Program-made: the position numbers and the translations under genes
Notes under the pieces: model-generated
Database searches by the model: none
The model's input: only the letters and a program-made list of their open reading frames with translations
Told to the model about the DNA's origin: nothing
In this document: positions 17,561 to 25,531 of the stretch, piece by piece
Numbering within the stretch: the stretch's first letter is position 1
Layout: the number at the start of each line of letters is the position of its first letter
From: a bacterium
GTDB lineage: Bacteria > Patescibacteriota > Microgenomatia > Curtissbacterales > GWA2-41-24
Length of the DNA: 43,192 nt
Assembly: GCA_021813945.1 (NCBI GenBank)
Contig: JAKAJD010000003.1
Coordinates: forward strand, 1 to 43,192
Direction: 5' to 3'

Positions 17561-17577
17561 GTTTACCCGAAATGTCG
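17561..17577 (+). repeat. Element B dispersed motif, copy 5
   Basis: GTTTACCCGAAATGTCG, about 105 bp inside the right end. Confidence 0.75.
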
Positions 17578-17582
17578 AAAGA

Positions 17583-17687
17583 CTAATAGGTAGATAAGAA
17601 GTATTGTGATTGTTTAAGCGTAAGCTCAGGATATTCAACCTCCTCTGACCAATTCACTCGTCTAAATTCGTCCCACTTGGCGAGCCA
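17583..17687 (-). other. Orphan recombinase C-terminal coding segment
   Basis: Translates WLAKWDEFRRVNWSEEVEYPELTLKQSQYFLSTY*; in-frame stop three codons upstream (17694-17696) and no start; in phase with both LSRs across the GAGC core. Confidence 0.8.
17669..17687 (+). other. attR of the tandem array
   Basis: CGTCCCACTTGGC-GA-GCCA; joining the tRNA at GA restores ...CCGGGGAG-CCA. Confidence 0.85.
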
Positions 17688-17763
17688 TTCGACTCACCCT
17701 GTTCGCTCATGGCTATAGCCGCTAACTACTTGAGTCGAATGTCTTGAGTGAGTCATGAGCGAA
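17686..17763. repeat. Interleaved inverted repeats (REP-like) upstream of the GIY-YIG gene
   Basis: CATTCGACTCA(17686-96)/TGAGTCGAATG(17731-41); TTCGCTCATG(17702-11)/CATGAGCGAA(17754-63); palindrome GGCTATAGCC(17711-20). Confidence 0.8.
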
Positions 17764-17768
17764 GGCGA

Positions 17769-18053
17769 ATGACGAATCGAAAGACATACTATTTTTACAT
17801 TCTCCGCTGCGCTGACAATTCACTTTATTGTGGGATGAGTTCTAATTTAGAAAACCGACTTAAAGAACACAACTCCAACGGCTCAAAAGGAGCTAAATAT
17901 TTGAGAGGTAAAAAGCCGGTTAAATTTGTACACACGGAAAAATTTCAAGATATTAAATCAGCTATGAATAGGGAGTTGCAAGTTAAGAGGTGGACTAAAG
18001 CTAAAAAGGAGGCTTTGATAGCCGGAAATTTTGAATTGTTAAAAAAGTTATAA
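17769..18053 (+). CDS. Stand-alone GIY-YIG nuclease (UPF0213-like)
   Basis: YFYIL...LYCG, RLKEH, A...E..VK.W...KK..LI. Confidence 0.9.
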   Translation: MTNRKTYYFYILRCADNSLYCGMSSNLENRLKEHNSNGSKGAKYLRGKKPVKFVHTEKFQDIKSAMNRELQVKRWTKAKKEALIAGNFELLKKL

Positions 18054-18159
18054 ATTGAAAAATTGTAATCGGAAATTTATATTAAGGATACCTACCTGCT
18101 TGCCAAAATTGATTAAAGGAGTCAGTTTTGTAGTCAATAAAGCGCGGTAGAAGAGAACA

Positions 18160-19072
18160 ATGAAATCTATTTTGATAAAGCCACCATCATCTCCGCTAGT
18201 GACAGTAATCCTCCGCTGTCTAGGAATTGGAGTAATCTACGCTGTGACCAACGCACTAGTAGCGGTTTTGCTGGGACAAATGACCCGTCTCGCCCCGACC
18301 TGGGAAACGCCCTTATCTGGACCCTAACCGGCACTATTATCGCTTTATCCTTGAGTCCTTTTATTCGTCACTCTTTCTGGTCGCGAAACAAAACTATTCT
18401 TGCAGTGTGGACACTTTTAACGTTTGTCCGTGCAATCGGATTGGGAATTGAAGGCGCTCTTTTCAAGCCTACCACCGCGACTAACCAATTCGTTAGTGCA
18501 ATCACTGGTACTCTTGTCCTTCTATGGATTGCCTGGGTCGCCGTCCGTTTGCTCGCTCCAAATACTCTAGCAAAGAGTGTGGACGGAATAAGATTTCCCA
18601 GTTCGATTAAAGCCTGGTGGGAATGGATTTTGCGAGTAATAGTTGGCAGTCTATCTTACCTTGTTTTCTACTTTGTGTTTGGAGCTGCGAACGCTTTCCT
18701 GTACACCCTTTTGTGTTTGGAGCTGCGAACGCTTTCCTGTACACCCTGAGTTTTTACAAGGACAATCCACAGTACGGATTCAGTCTTCCGCCTGTTGGAA
18801 TAATCTTTATCGCACTACTAATACGCGGTCCTCTCATGGTTCTTGGTGCTGCTCTCCTTGCCCAGTCTGTGTCGGTATCGCGTCGCCAGCTTGCGGTCTG
18901 GTTGGGTCTGCTCCTGTTCGTTGTGGATGGGCTTGCCGCCTATGTTGAGGGGACCTTCCGCACAATGCCGTTGGGCTTTAATATGGCAACACTCGCCGAG
19001 CTTTTCTTCCAGAACTTTCTAACCGGTGTGGTCGTCGCCTACTTGTTTGGCAATCAGTCCCAGAGGGGCTGA
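18160..19072 (+). pseudogene. Multi-pass membrane protein gene with two frameshifts
   Basis: Hydrophobic coding in three consecutive frames: ATG 18160 frame to ~18295, the 18351-18749 frame, then the 18617-19072 frame after a 38-bp duplication; repaired length about 291 aa. Confidence 0.7.
18672..18747 (+). repeat. Perfect 38-bp tandem duplication
   Basis: TTTGTGTTTGGAGCTGCGAACGCTTTCCTGTACACCCT at 18672-18709 and 18710-18747. Confidence 0.95.
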
Positions 19073-19214
19073 CGTGCACCTTATTTCATTGACTGCTGTA
19101 GCCCTGTGAGATAATTGGATTGTTGTAGCTTTTTAATTTCTTCCCATCTCTGCCGCATTTTGCTACCAAATCCTATAGTTTGACTTTAAAGCCTTTTTTG
19201 GTATAATTTTCCCC

Positions 19215-19511
19215 ATGACGATTGAAATTTGTCAAAGAAGTTGGATTAACAGGCCGGGAGAATTTGGAGCTGTAAAGGGCACCGTTGAGCCAGAAAATGA
19301 TACTGTTTTTCGTTTGAATAGTGGCACTGTAGCTGAAATAACCGGCACAGAAGACGGTGGTAAAGTAGTTATTAAAGAGGGTGTTTATGATACTAAATCA
19401 ACTGTTAGTAGCGTAACTTTAAATGATGGCGATTTTTTTAGGCACGGAAAGTGGACATTTTATGGTCATAGCATGGATAAACCGATGCCAGTTAAGATTT
19501 TACATTTTTAG
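19215..19511 (+). CDS. Hypothetical protein
   Basis: 98-aa beta-rich ORF filling the gap; no motif recognised. Confidence 0.6.
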   Translation: MTIEICQRSWINRPGEFGAVKGTVEPENDTVFRLNSGTVAEITGTEDGGKVVIKEGVYDTKSTVSSVTLNDGDFFRHGKWTFYGHSMDKPMPVKILHF

Positions 19512-19513
19512 TA

Positions 19514-20587
19514 CTATCGAATCTTAGTCACAATTCCCTTTTCCGCATCTACCTCAACCATATCTCCATCCTTAAAAACTTTTGTTGCATTGCCTGTTGC
19601 AACTATACAGGGTATCCCAAATTCACGGCTTACAATGGCGGCGTGAGATAAAAGGCCTCCTACATCAGTAACAATAGCTGCTGCTTTTTGACAAGCAATT
19701 ATTAACTCCGGTGCTGTTGTCTCTGCAATGAGGATGTTACCTTTTTCCATTTTGGATATTTCCGCATTTAAGATACCTATATCTTTGTAATCGACATTAA
19801 TAACTTTAACCTTTCCAGTTGCCTTGCCTAAGCTTGCGGGTGTGCCGTTTACCGTTTTTGTTGAAGATGCGGTATCTCTAAATGATTGAATAATTGTTAG
19901 AACATTTTGTCCCTGGTCTATTGCGCTGCGATCGTAATTTATAAGGAAAGCGGTTTGTCGTTTGGAGATCTGGTGTAGATTGGGTTTTTTACCTTCGAAA
20001 AGACCAAGGATTTCCTGCTGGGTTAAATCGGCAAGGATTTTCGGATCAAGATTAAATTGTTTTGCCAGAATTGTAAAAAATTCGCTACTGTATCTGCTTT
20101 TTTCGAATAAAACAGTGTTCATGAATGATCGGACTTTGTCCTTAAACTGAGACATTAAAGCAAGATTTTTCTTAATAATGGGATTCTTTTCTTGGTTGGA
20201 AAAGGCTTTATCTGTGAATTCGAAATTCATCTTTGTATAGTCTTTACAAAGCTTTATTGTGTATTTGAAAAACGTTTTAACGACAGATTGAGAAAGCTTT
20301 TCCTTTTTGCGGATTTCCTTTGAATAAAAATCTTTAAAAGTCTTAAGGTGTTTTATTAAATCTGTTTGATATTCTGTGAATGCGTTTTTTTCGCTATAGA
20401 ACTTTAGACCTCGATCCAGCGTTTTGTTGTAAGCAATATTTGTGAAATATTGCTTAAACATTCCGTTGTCTATTAAAAATAGGACTTCCAAATCTTTATA
20501 GACATCGACGTGAATGTCGGTGACAAATACACTGACTCCTTGAACCCAGAAGCTTAACGTATAGTCCTTCTTATTGAACTTTTTCAT
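19514..20587 (-). CDS. PEP-utilising enzyme mobile (phospho-His) domain protein (start reassigned to ATG 20587)
   Basis: C-terminal TDVGGLLSHAAIVSREFGIPCIVAT...DGDMVEVDAEKG. Confidence 0.85.
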   Translation of the reverse strand: MKKFNKKDYTLSFWVQGVSVFVTDIHVDVYKDLEVLFLIDNGMFKQYFTNIAYNKTLDRGLKFYSEKNAFTEYQTDLIKHLKTFKDFYSKEIRKKEKLSQSVVKTFFKYTIKLCKDYTKMNFEFTDKAFSNQEKNPIIKKNLALMSQFKDKVRSFMNTVLFEKSRYSSEFFTILAKQFNLDPKILADLTQQEILGLFEGKKPNLHQISKRQTAFLINYDRSAIDQGQNVLTIIQSFRDTASSTKTVNGTPASLGKATGKVKVINVDYKDIGILNAEISKMEKGNILIAETTAPELIIACQKAAAIVTDVGGLLSHAAIVSREFGIPCIVATGNATKVFKDGDMVEVDAEKGIVTKIR

Positions 20588-20628
20588 AAGCGGATTGTAC
20601 CAAAGTAAAGGAAATTGGTGATTGGTAT

Positions 20629-21063
20629 CTAGGCTGCAGGAGCGGCTGGTGGCGGTGTAGCTTGAGGAGTAGCAGCTGGCGGAGGATTTGTCGGCGGTTG
20701 CTGGACAGGCGCAACCTGATCTGTATAATGCCTTTTGACAATAAAATAATAAATTAGCGCTCCAATTACGTGCGTAAATACAATCAAGATTATCCACATG
20801 GCTTTGTTTTCAATATGATGAGAGGCGGCATGTACCAACATCCAAACCCAAAAGATGGTGAAAAGAACCGAAACGACAATAACAATAACAAAAAAAGCAA
20901 TGCCAAGACCAATAAAGCCCCCAATTTGTTTTCCTAATTGGTCGCAGGCGATTGGTTTATTGTTTAGAGTACAAGTCGCGCTACTGACAGTTGAAGATTG
21001 GGTAGCGTAATTGATTGGGGTTGTTGCAACTGCAAGAAGTTTGGATATGTCCACTTTCTTCAA
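20629..21063 (-). CDS. PLDc_N-type membrane protein with Pro-rich tail
   Basis: FWVWMLVHA...KAMWIILIVFTHVIGALIYYF. Confidence 0.75.
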   Translation of the reverse strand: MKKVDISKLLAVATTPINYATQSSTVSSATCTLNNKPIACDQLGKQIGGFIGLGIAFFVIVIVVSVLFTIFWVWMLVHAASHHIENKAMWIILIVFTHVIGALIYYFIVKRHYTDQVAPVQQPPTNPPPAATPQATPPPAAPAA

Positions 21064-21161
21064 CTATAAAAGTTATCCCAAACGTTGTAAAGGATTAGAC
21101 ATTCGTTTGCTTTTAATGATCTTCTAACACAATTTTCATAAATGTTCTTTATAATAGCGGC

Positions 21162-21761
21162 ATGAGGAAAATTGTTGTTCTGGAATTTTTGACACTGGAC
21201 GGTGTTATGCAGGCACCCGGAGGCTCAAAAGAAGATACAGCTGAAGGCTTTAAATACGGTGGGTGGACTGCGCCTTATTTTGACGATTTTGCAGGGAAAA
21301 TAATGGCCGGGCAGATGAAGAAGCCTTTTAGTCTCCTTTTAGGCAGAAAAACATTTCAAATTTTTGCGGGGTATTGGCCGGAACATGAAGATATGTGGCC
21401 GGGTGTTAATGATGCAACCAAGTATTGTGTTTCCAAAACTCTTTCGTCTTCTGACTGGCAAAATTCGGTCTTTATTGGCGGAAATGTGGTTGGAAAATTA
21501 AAAAAAATCAAAAAAGGAAAAGGACCGGATCTGCAAGTTTATGGATCTAGCAAACTTGTTCAGACTTTAATGAAAAATGATTTGGTTGATGAGTTTTGGT
21601 TAAAAATTTTTCCAGTGACTTTGGGAAGCGGTAAAAAACTGTTTGAAGATGGAACGATTCCCGTAGCATTCAAATTAACAGAGTCTAAAATTTCTCCAAG
21701 TGGAGTGATATTTGCAAACTACAAGCGCGCCGGGAAAGTTAAAACCGGCTCTATGGTGTAA
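21162..21761 (+). CDS. Dihydrofolate reductase-like / RibD C-terminal domain protein
   Basis: TLDGVMQAPGG...LLGRKTF...GSSKLVQTL...LVDEF...PVTLGSGKKLF. Confidence 0.92.
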   Translation: MRKIVVLEFLTLDGVMQAPGGSKEDTAEGFKYGGWTAPYFDDFAGKIMAGQMKKPFSLLLGRKTFQIFAGYWPEHEDMWPGVNDATKYCVSKTLSSSDWQNSVFIGGNVVGKLKKIKKGKGPDLQVYGSSKLVQTLMKNDLVDEFWLKIFPVTLGSGKKLFEDGTIPVAFKLTESKISPSGVIFANYKRAGKVKTGSMV

Positions 21762-21797
21762 ACATTCCGATTTTTGCTTCTGATATAATCCTTTGTT

Positions 21798-22226
21798 ATG
21801 AAAGCTACTAAAAATAAAAAGGCCATGGGATTTTCGGAAGAAGAAAAAGCGGCAATGAAGGAGTATGCCGGTGAGCTTGTGCTGGGTAAAGGACAAGGAG
21901 AAGCGGCAGTGCTCGAGAAAATCGCTCAGATGCCAAAGGCCGATCGAGATTTAGCAAAAAGAATTCACGAAATTGTTAAGAAAAATGCACCTCAACTCAC
22001 ACCAAAAACATGGTATGGGATGCCGGCTTATGCAAATTCGGACGGTAACGTCATATGCTTTTTCCAAAATGCGTCAAAATTTAAATCAAGGTATGCCACA
22101 TTCGGATTCAACGACAGGGCAAATCTCGACGAAGGCAATATGTGGCCAACTTCATTTGCTTTGAAAAAGTTAACCCCTGCGGATGAAAAAAGAATCGCCA
22201 CGCTTGTCAAAAAAGCAGTAAGCTAA
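21798..22226 (+). CDS. DUF1801 (YdhG-like) protein
   Basis: [16 protein letters not shown]...[19 protein letters not shown]...MWPTSFAL. Confidence 0.85.
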   Translation: MKATKNKKAMGFSEEEKAAMKEYAGELVLGKGQGEAAVLEKIAQMPKADRDLAKRIHEIVKKNAPQLTPKTWYGMPAYANSDGNVICFFQNASKFKSRYATFGFNDRANLDEGNMWPTSFALKKLTPADEKRIATLVKKAVS

Positions 22227-22227
22227 C

Positions 22228-22443
22228 TTAGGCCATTGCACCCATTCCCTTGTCCATACCAAGCGCTTGCATTACTTCATCGGCGCTTTTGTAGGTGCCT
22301 TCAGGCAATGTGTCCTTAAACCATTGCTTGTCTTTTTCGGAAAAATCCGACAGGTTGTTGCATTCTGCTATCAACTCGTCGCGGGTTGCAGGGTACATTT
22401 GATGGGTTTTTAAATGGTTCATCATATTTTTTACATCGTCCAT
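22228..22443 (-). CDS. DUF2795-like small protein
   Basis: YPATRDEL...LPEGTYKSADEV; SD GGAGGTG upstream. Confidence 0.7.
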   Translation of the reverse strand: MDDVKNMMNHLKTHQMYPATRDELIAECNNLSDFSEKDKQWFKDTLPEGTYKSADEVMQALGMDKGMGAMA

Positions 22444-22536
22444 ATTAATTCACCTCCGATCTTTTGGAATTATGACTGGGTTTAGTTAAAAGCAGGTGAA
22501 AGATGTGCAAGAAATGTGTAAAGGTGGCGAATTATC

Positions 22537-23235
22537 TTATCTCAGTTTTACTAAAACCGTTGCGATGGTGGATAGGGTATAGGCAACGGTGCTGTAGGTT
22601 ATAAAAGGGTAAGCGCGATATTTGAATCGGATTTTTGCGACAAATACCCAGGAAATTACCATGAGAAGTGCGCTAAAAAATAAGCCAATAAGCACTTTGT
22701 CAAAGGCCGCATAAGCAAACCAGGTGAATGCATAAACGAGACTGTTTAAGGAGAGAACGACCATTTCCTTTTTGGTAAATTTCTTTATGACAAACTTTGA
22801 GGCGAGATAGAGCAGGGGAACAGTTACGAGTAAACTTCCAATAAAGAAAATGATGTTTCCGGCATAGTAGTCGTTAATAAATAAGCCGTTACAAAGGTTG
22901 CCGATAAGCATCTTGGTGTCACAGTAAGTGTTGAGAGTGAAGCTGGCGACCTCGTGCCATCCTTCACCTGCTCCATAGAGGTAAATTCCGACTAGAAAGA
23001 CTAAGGCAGCGAAAGAATTTGTGCGGTTTTTGAGGTTTTGGAAATTGTCGGTTACAACTTTGAGATAGAAAAACGAAAGAACGACTGTTGCGGTTATAAA
23101 GATGACGGTTTGATTGATTTCATGAAGACGGATGAAGTTGAAGGGTTGCAACGTAGGTGAGGGGAGGAGCCGCTCGATTATGATGACCATGGCGATTGCG
23201 GAATAGGCAGTAAAAAGCCAATTGAGTTTGTTCAT
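22537..23235 (-). CDS. Multi-pass membrane protein
   Basis: About 7 hydrophobic segments; G.G.HE motif. Confidence 0.75.
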   Translation of the reverse strand: MNKLNWLFTAYSAIAMVIIIERLLPSPTLQPFNFIRLHEINQTVIFITATVVLSFFYLKVVTDNFQNLKNRTNSFAALVFLVGIYLYGAGEGWHEVASFTLNTYCDTKMLIGNLCNGLFINDYYAGNIIFFIGSLLVTVPLLYLASKFVIKKFTKKEMVVLSLNSLVYAFTWFAYAAFDKVLIGLFFSALLMVISWVFVAKIRFKYRAYPFITYSTVAYTLSTIATVLVKLR

Positions 23236-23304
23236 GGGTCAATATTATCACAGCGCAAAAAAGCAAGTTGAATTTTATGCTTGAGATCTATATAGTGTCC
23301 CGTT

Positions 23305-24138
23305 ATGGAGAGAATAGCTTCATTGAGGGGAAGGGTTACTGAGGCTGCAAAACAACAAGTTCTTATCAGCGCAAGAGCTGAGATAATAGATTTTCCTATT
23401 AATTACAACATAATAGGTAAGGAAAACATTGGAACGGGAAGGGAGCTTCTTAGCGAAGGTAAAATACTGGTTGCTGCTTTGGATCATCGAGTTTATGCAG
23501 ATTTGGTAACTGGCGCCTGTATTGCTATCAAAGAAGATTTTGACGATCTTGTTCAAGTTGGCCATATTGTGATGAGGATTAGCTATCTTCAAAATTTTCC
23601 TACAAATTTACTGCCAAATTACTTTGAAGTTTTGCCTGTTGTCCCGCATACAATGCCCGATTACCCTAAACGTGATGAAATAAACGGACAAGCTATTTCG
23701 ACGGCGCAAAACCTAGATGACGGTTCACTTTTGATTGTGACTCCGGAAGGAACAAGAAGTGGACAAGCCGGGATGCAGGAAGCCAGGTACGGAGCTGAGC
23801 GTTTTTGGCATGGCAGAGGGGAAAGATGGCTAATCCCAATTGCCATCGAAGGAACTGAAAAACAGTGGCCGAAAAAGCTGGGGATGATTGCAGGTGGTGC
23901 CTATTATATTTTGGCTGGGCGATTATGGAATGCTAAGTTTATTTTCGGTGAGCCGGTTGAGGTTGAGGAAATAGATTCAATAGCGGGAAAACTGGCAAAA
24001 AATGAAGATGATTTTGCCAGGTTAAAAACAGAGGTACCTATGGGTCTAATTGCAAGGCTCCACCTTGAAAAGGGAAATCCAAGGTATGCCGGTCGATATG
24101 CAGACCTTGCAAGGCAGCTTCAGGAGATCAGGCCATAA
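23305..24138 (+). CDS. PlsC-like lysophospholipid acyltransferase family protein
   Basis: DHRVYAD (HxxxxD) and PEGTRS motifs. Confidence 0.8.
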   Translation: MERIASLRGRVTEAAKQQVLISARAEIIDFPINYNIIGKENIGTGRELLSEGKILVAALDHRVYADLVTGACIAIKEDFDDLVQVGHIVMRISYLQNFPTNLLPNYFEVLPVVPHTMPDYPKRDEINGQAISTAQNLDDGSLLIVTPEGTRSGQAGMQEARYGAERFWHGRGERWLIPIAIEGTEKQWPKKLGMIAGGAYYILAGRLWNAKFIFGEPVEVEEIDSIAGKLAKNEDDFARLKTEVPMGLIARLHLEKGNPRYAGRYADLARQLQEIRP

Positions 24139-24212
24139 ATTTTTAAGAAATAGGGAGTTGCGCCGATTTCTTCAATAGTATATAAAGGTTTTTCATAGTT
24201 TTGGAGCGAAGA

Positions 24213-24737
24213 ATGAAAAAAGCCGTAATTTTAACAGCAGATCAATTTGAAGATATGGAACTGATGTATCCTGTTTTCCGATTACAGGAAGCAGGGTGGA
24301 AAGTGGATATTGCTGCCCCCAAAAAAGAGGCTATTTCCGGAGAAGGAGGATATGGCCAGTTTATGCCTGATTTGACTATCGATGAGGTCGATCCTGATAA
24401 GTACGATTTGTTGGTTATTCCGGGAGGATCTCCGGATGGAGCGCCGGCAGTTGTTCGCAAAATCAAAAAGGCACAGGAAATTACTCAATCATTTTTTGAA
24501 AAGAATAAACCCGTTGCATCGGTTTGTCATGGACCGTGGCTTCTTGCAGATTCAGGAGTAGTCAAAGGCAGAAAACTGACTTCTTATTGGCACGATGGAG
24601 TTCCCGAAAGCGTCAAAGAAGCAGGCGGAAAATGGGAAGATAAAGAAGTCGTAGTTGATGGGAATTTGGTTACTTCTAGATGGCCGGCGGATTTGCCGGC
24701 TTTTATGCGGGAAGTGATGAAGATCACGGGAAAATAA
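24213..24737 (+). CDS. DJ-1/PfpI family protein (start reassigned to ATG 24213)
   Basis: FEDMEL, IPGG, SVCHGPW nucleophile, VDGNLVTSR. Confidence 0.93.
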   Translation: MKKAVILTADQFEDMELMYPVFRLQEAGWKVDIAAPKKEAISGEGGYGQFMPDLTIDEVDPDKYDLLVIPGGSPDGAPAVVRKIKKAQEITQSFFEKNKPVASVCHGPWLLADSGVVKGRKLTSYWHDGVPESVKEAGGKWEDKEVVVDGNLVTSRWPADLPAFMREVMKITGK

Positions 24738-24820
24738 GCGCGGGATTACAAAGCCATCTCCAAATAAATTTTGAATCTACTTGTAAAAAAAATTGCCGAA
24801 GCTTAATATAAAATTGGCAA

Positions 24821-25351
24821 ATGATGGCGAAGTATCTAGTATTTGTAATTATACTGGTTGTTATTGCGGGAGGGGCGTATTATTTTGGAGTTCAGAAGAA
24901 TAAAGCCGCTCCGATCGTATCGCCAAGCGCTTTGAATAGCCTGACTTCTCCTACACCCCAAGCTTCAAATTCGTCTGAGGCAACTAGCAAAACTCCGGAC
25001 CAAGCTGCGAAGGCATTTTATGACTTTTACCAGGATTGCATGAAGAATCCGCCGAAAGCCGCTTTGGGGCAAGTTGGCAATTGGTGCCAGGAAAATAACC
25101 CTAACATAACTTCGACTTTTGTGGCCAATTTAGAAAAAGGCGACGTTGCCAAAGAAGGTGCAGATCCAATTGTTTGTGCCCAGCAACCTCCGGAAAGCAT
25201 TACGGCGGAAGCATTTATAATTTCTGGCAACAGCGCACAAGGAAAGGTGAGTGAGAAATTTGGTCCAATGACAGTTGAGCCGGTTTTAAGTCTTCTTAAA
25301 GAGACGAGTGGATGGAAAGTTGACAATATAACTTGTCCAAAGCCACAATAA
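24821..25351 (+). CDS. Exported or membrane-anchored protein with Cys pairs
   Basis: N-terminal TM, Ser/Pro linker, FY..Y...DPIVCAQ...WKVDNITC. Confidence 0.75.
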   Translation: MMAKYLVFVIILVVIAGGAYYFGVQKNKAAPIVSPSALNSLTSPTPQASNSSEATSKTPDQAAKAFYDFYQDCMKNPPKAALGQVGNWCQENNPNITSTFVANLEKGDVAKEGADPIVCAQQPPESITAEAFIISGNSAQGKVSEKFGPMTVEPVLSLLKETSGWKVDNITCPKPQ

Positions 25352-25353
25352 AA

Positions 25354-25524
25354 ATGGATTTAAAAAAGTGGTTGGTTGTTGCGATAATAGTTTTACTTTT
25401 GGCTTTGGATTTTCTGTCTTTCCACGACATTTTTGAAATGCACAGCTTACGGGATTGGCTGACACTTCTTTTGTCAATTTTGGTATTTTTCTATTTTGCC
25501 AAGGTATATTTGGAGAAAAAATAG
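25354..25524 (+). CDS. Small two-TM protein
   Basis: MDLKKWLVVAIIV...; starts 2 nt after the previous stop. Confidence 0.6.
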   Translation: MDLKKWLVVAIIVLLLALDFLSFHDIFEMHSLRDWLTLLLSILVFFYFAKVYLEKK

Positions 25525-25531
25525 TTTATTC

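Larger units (their letters stand above)
7132..17683. mobile_element. Integrative element B (~10.5 kb) with a putative replication module
   Basis: Bounded by GAGCCA cores at 7130 and 17682 whose in-silico join forms a near-perfect palindrome; contains LSR, AAA+ ATPase, primase Zn finger and excisionase-like HTH. Confidence 0.85.

Noticed and set aside
18091-18105. CCTACCTGCTTGCCA as an alternative attR (resembles the tRNA T arm plus CCA)
   Set aside because: Lacks the GAGC core, gives no symmetric attP and no in-frame recombinase tail; 17682 satisfies all three.
20588-20797. Long N-terminal extensions called by the ORF track (also 5397-5501, 12826-12891, 26458-26646, 34795-34848, 41187-41231)
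   Set aside because: They overlap neighbouring genes or regulatory DNA and do not resemble the protein families; downstream ATG starts are more plausible.
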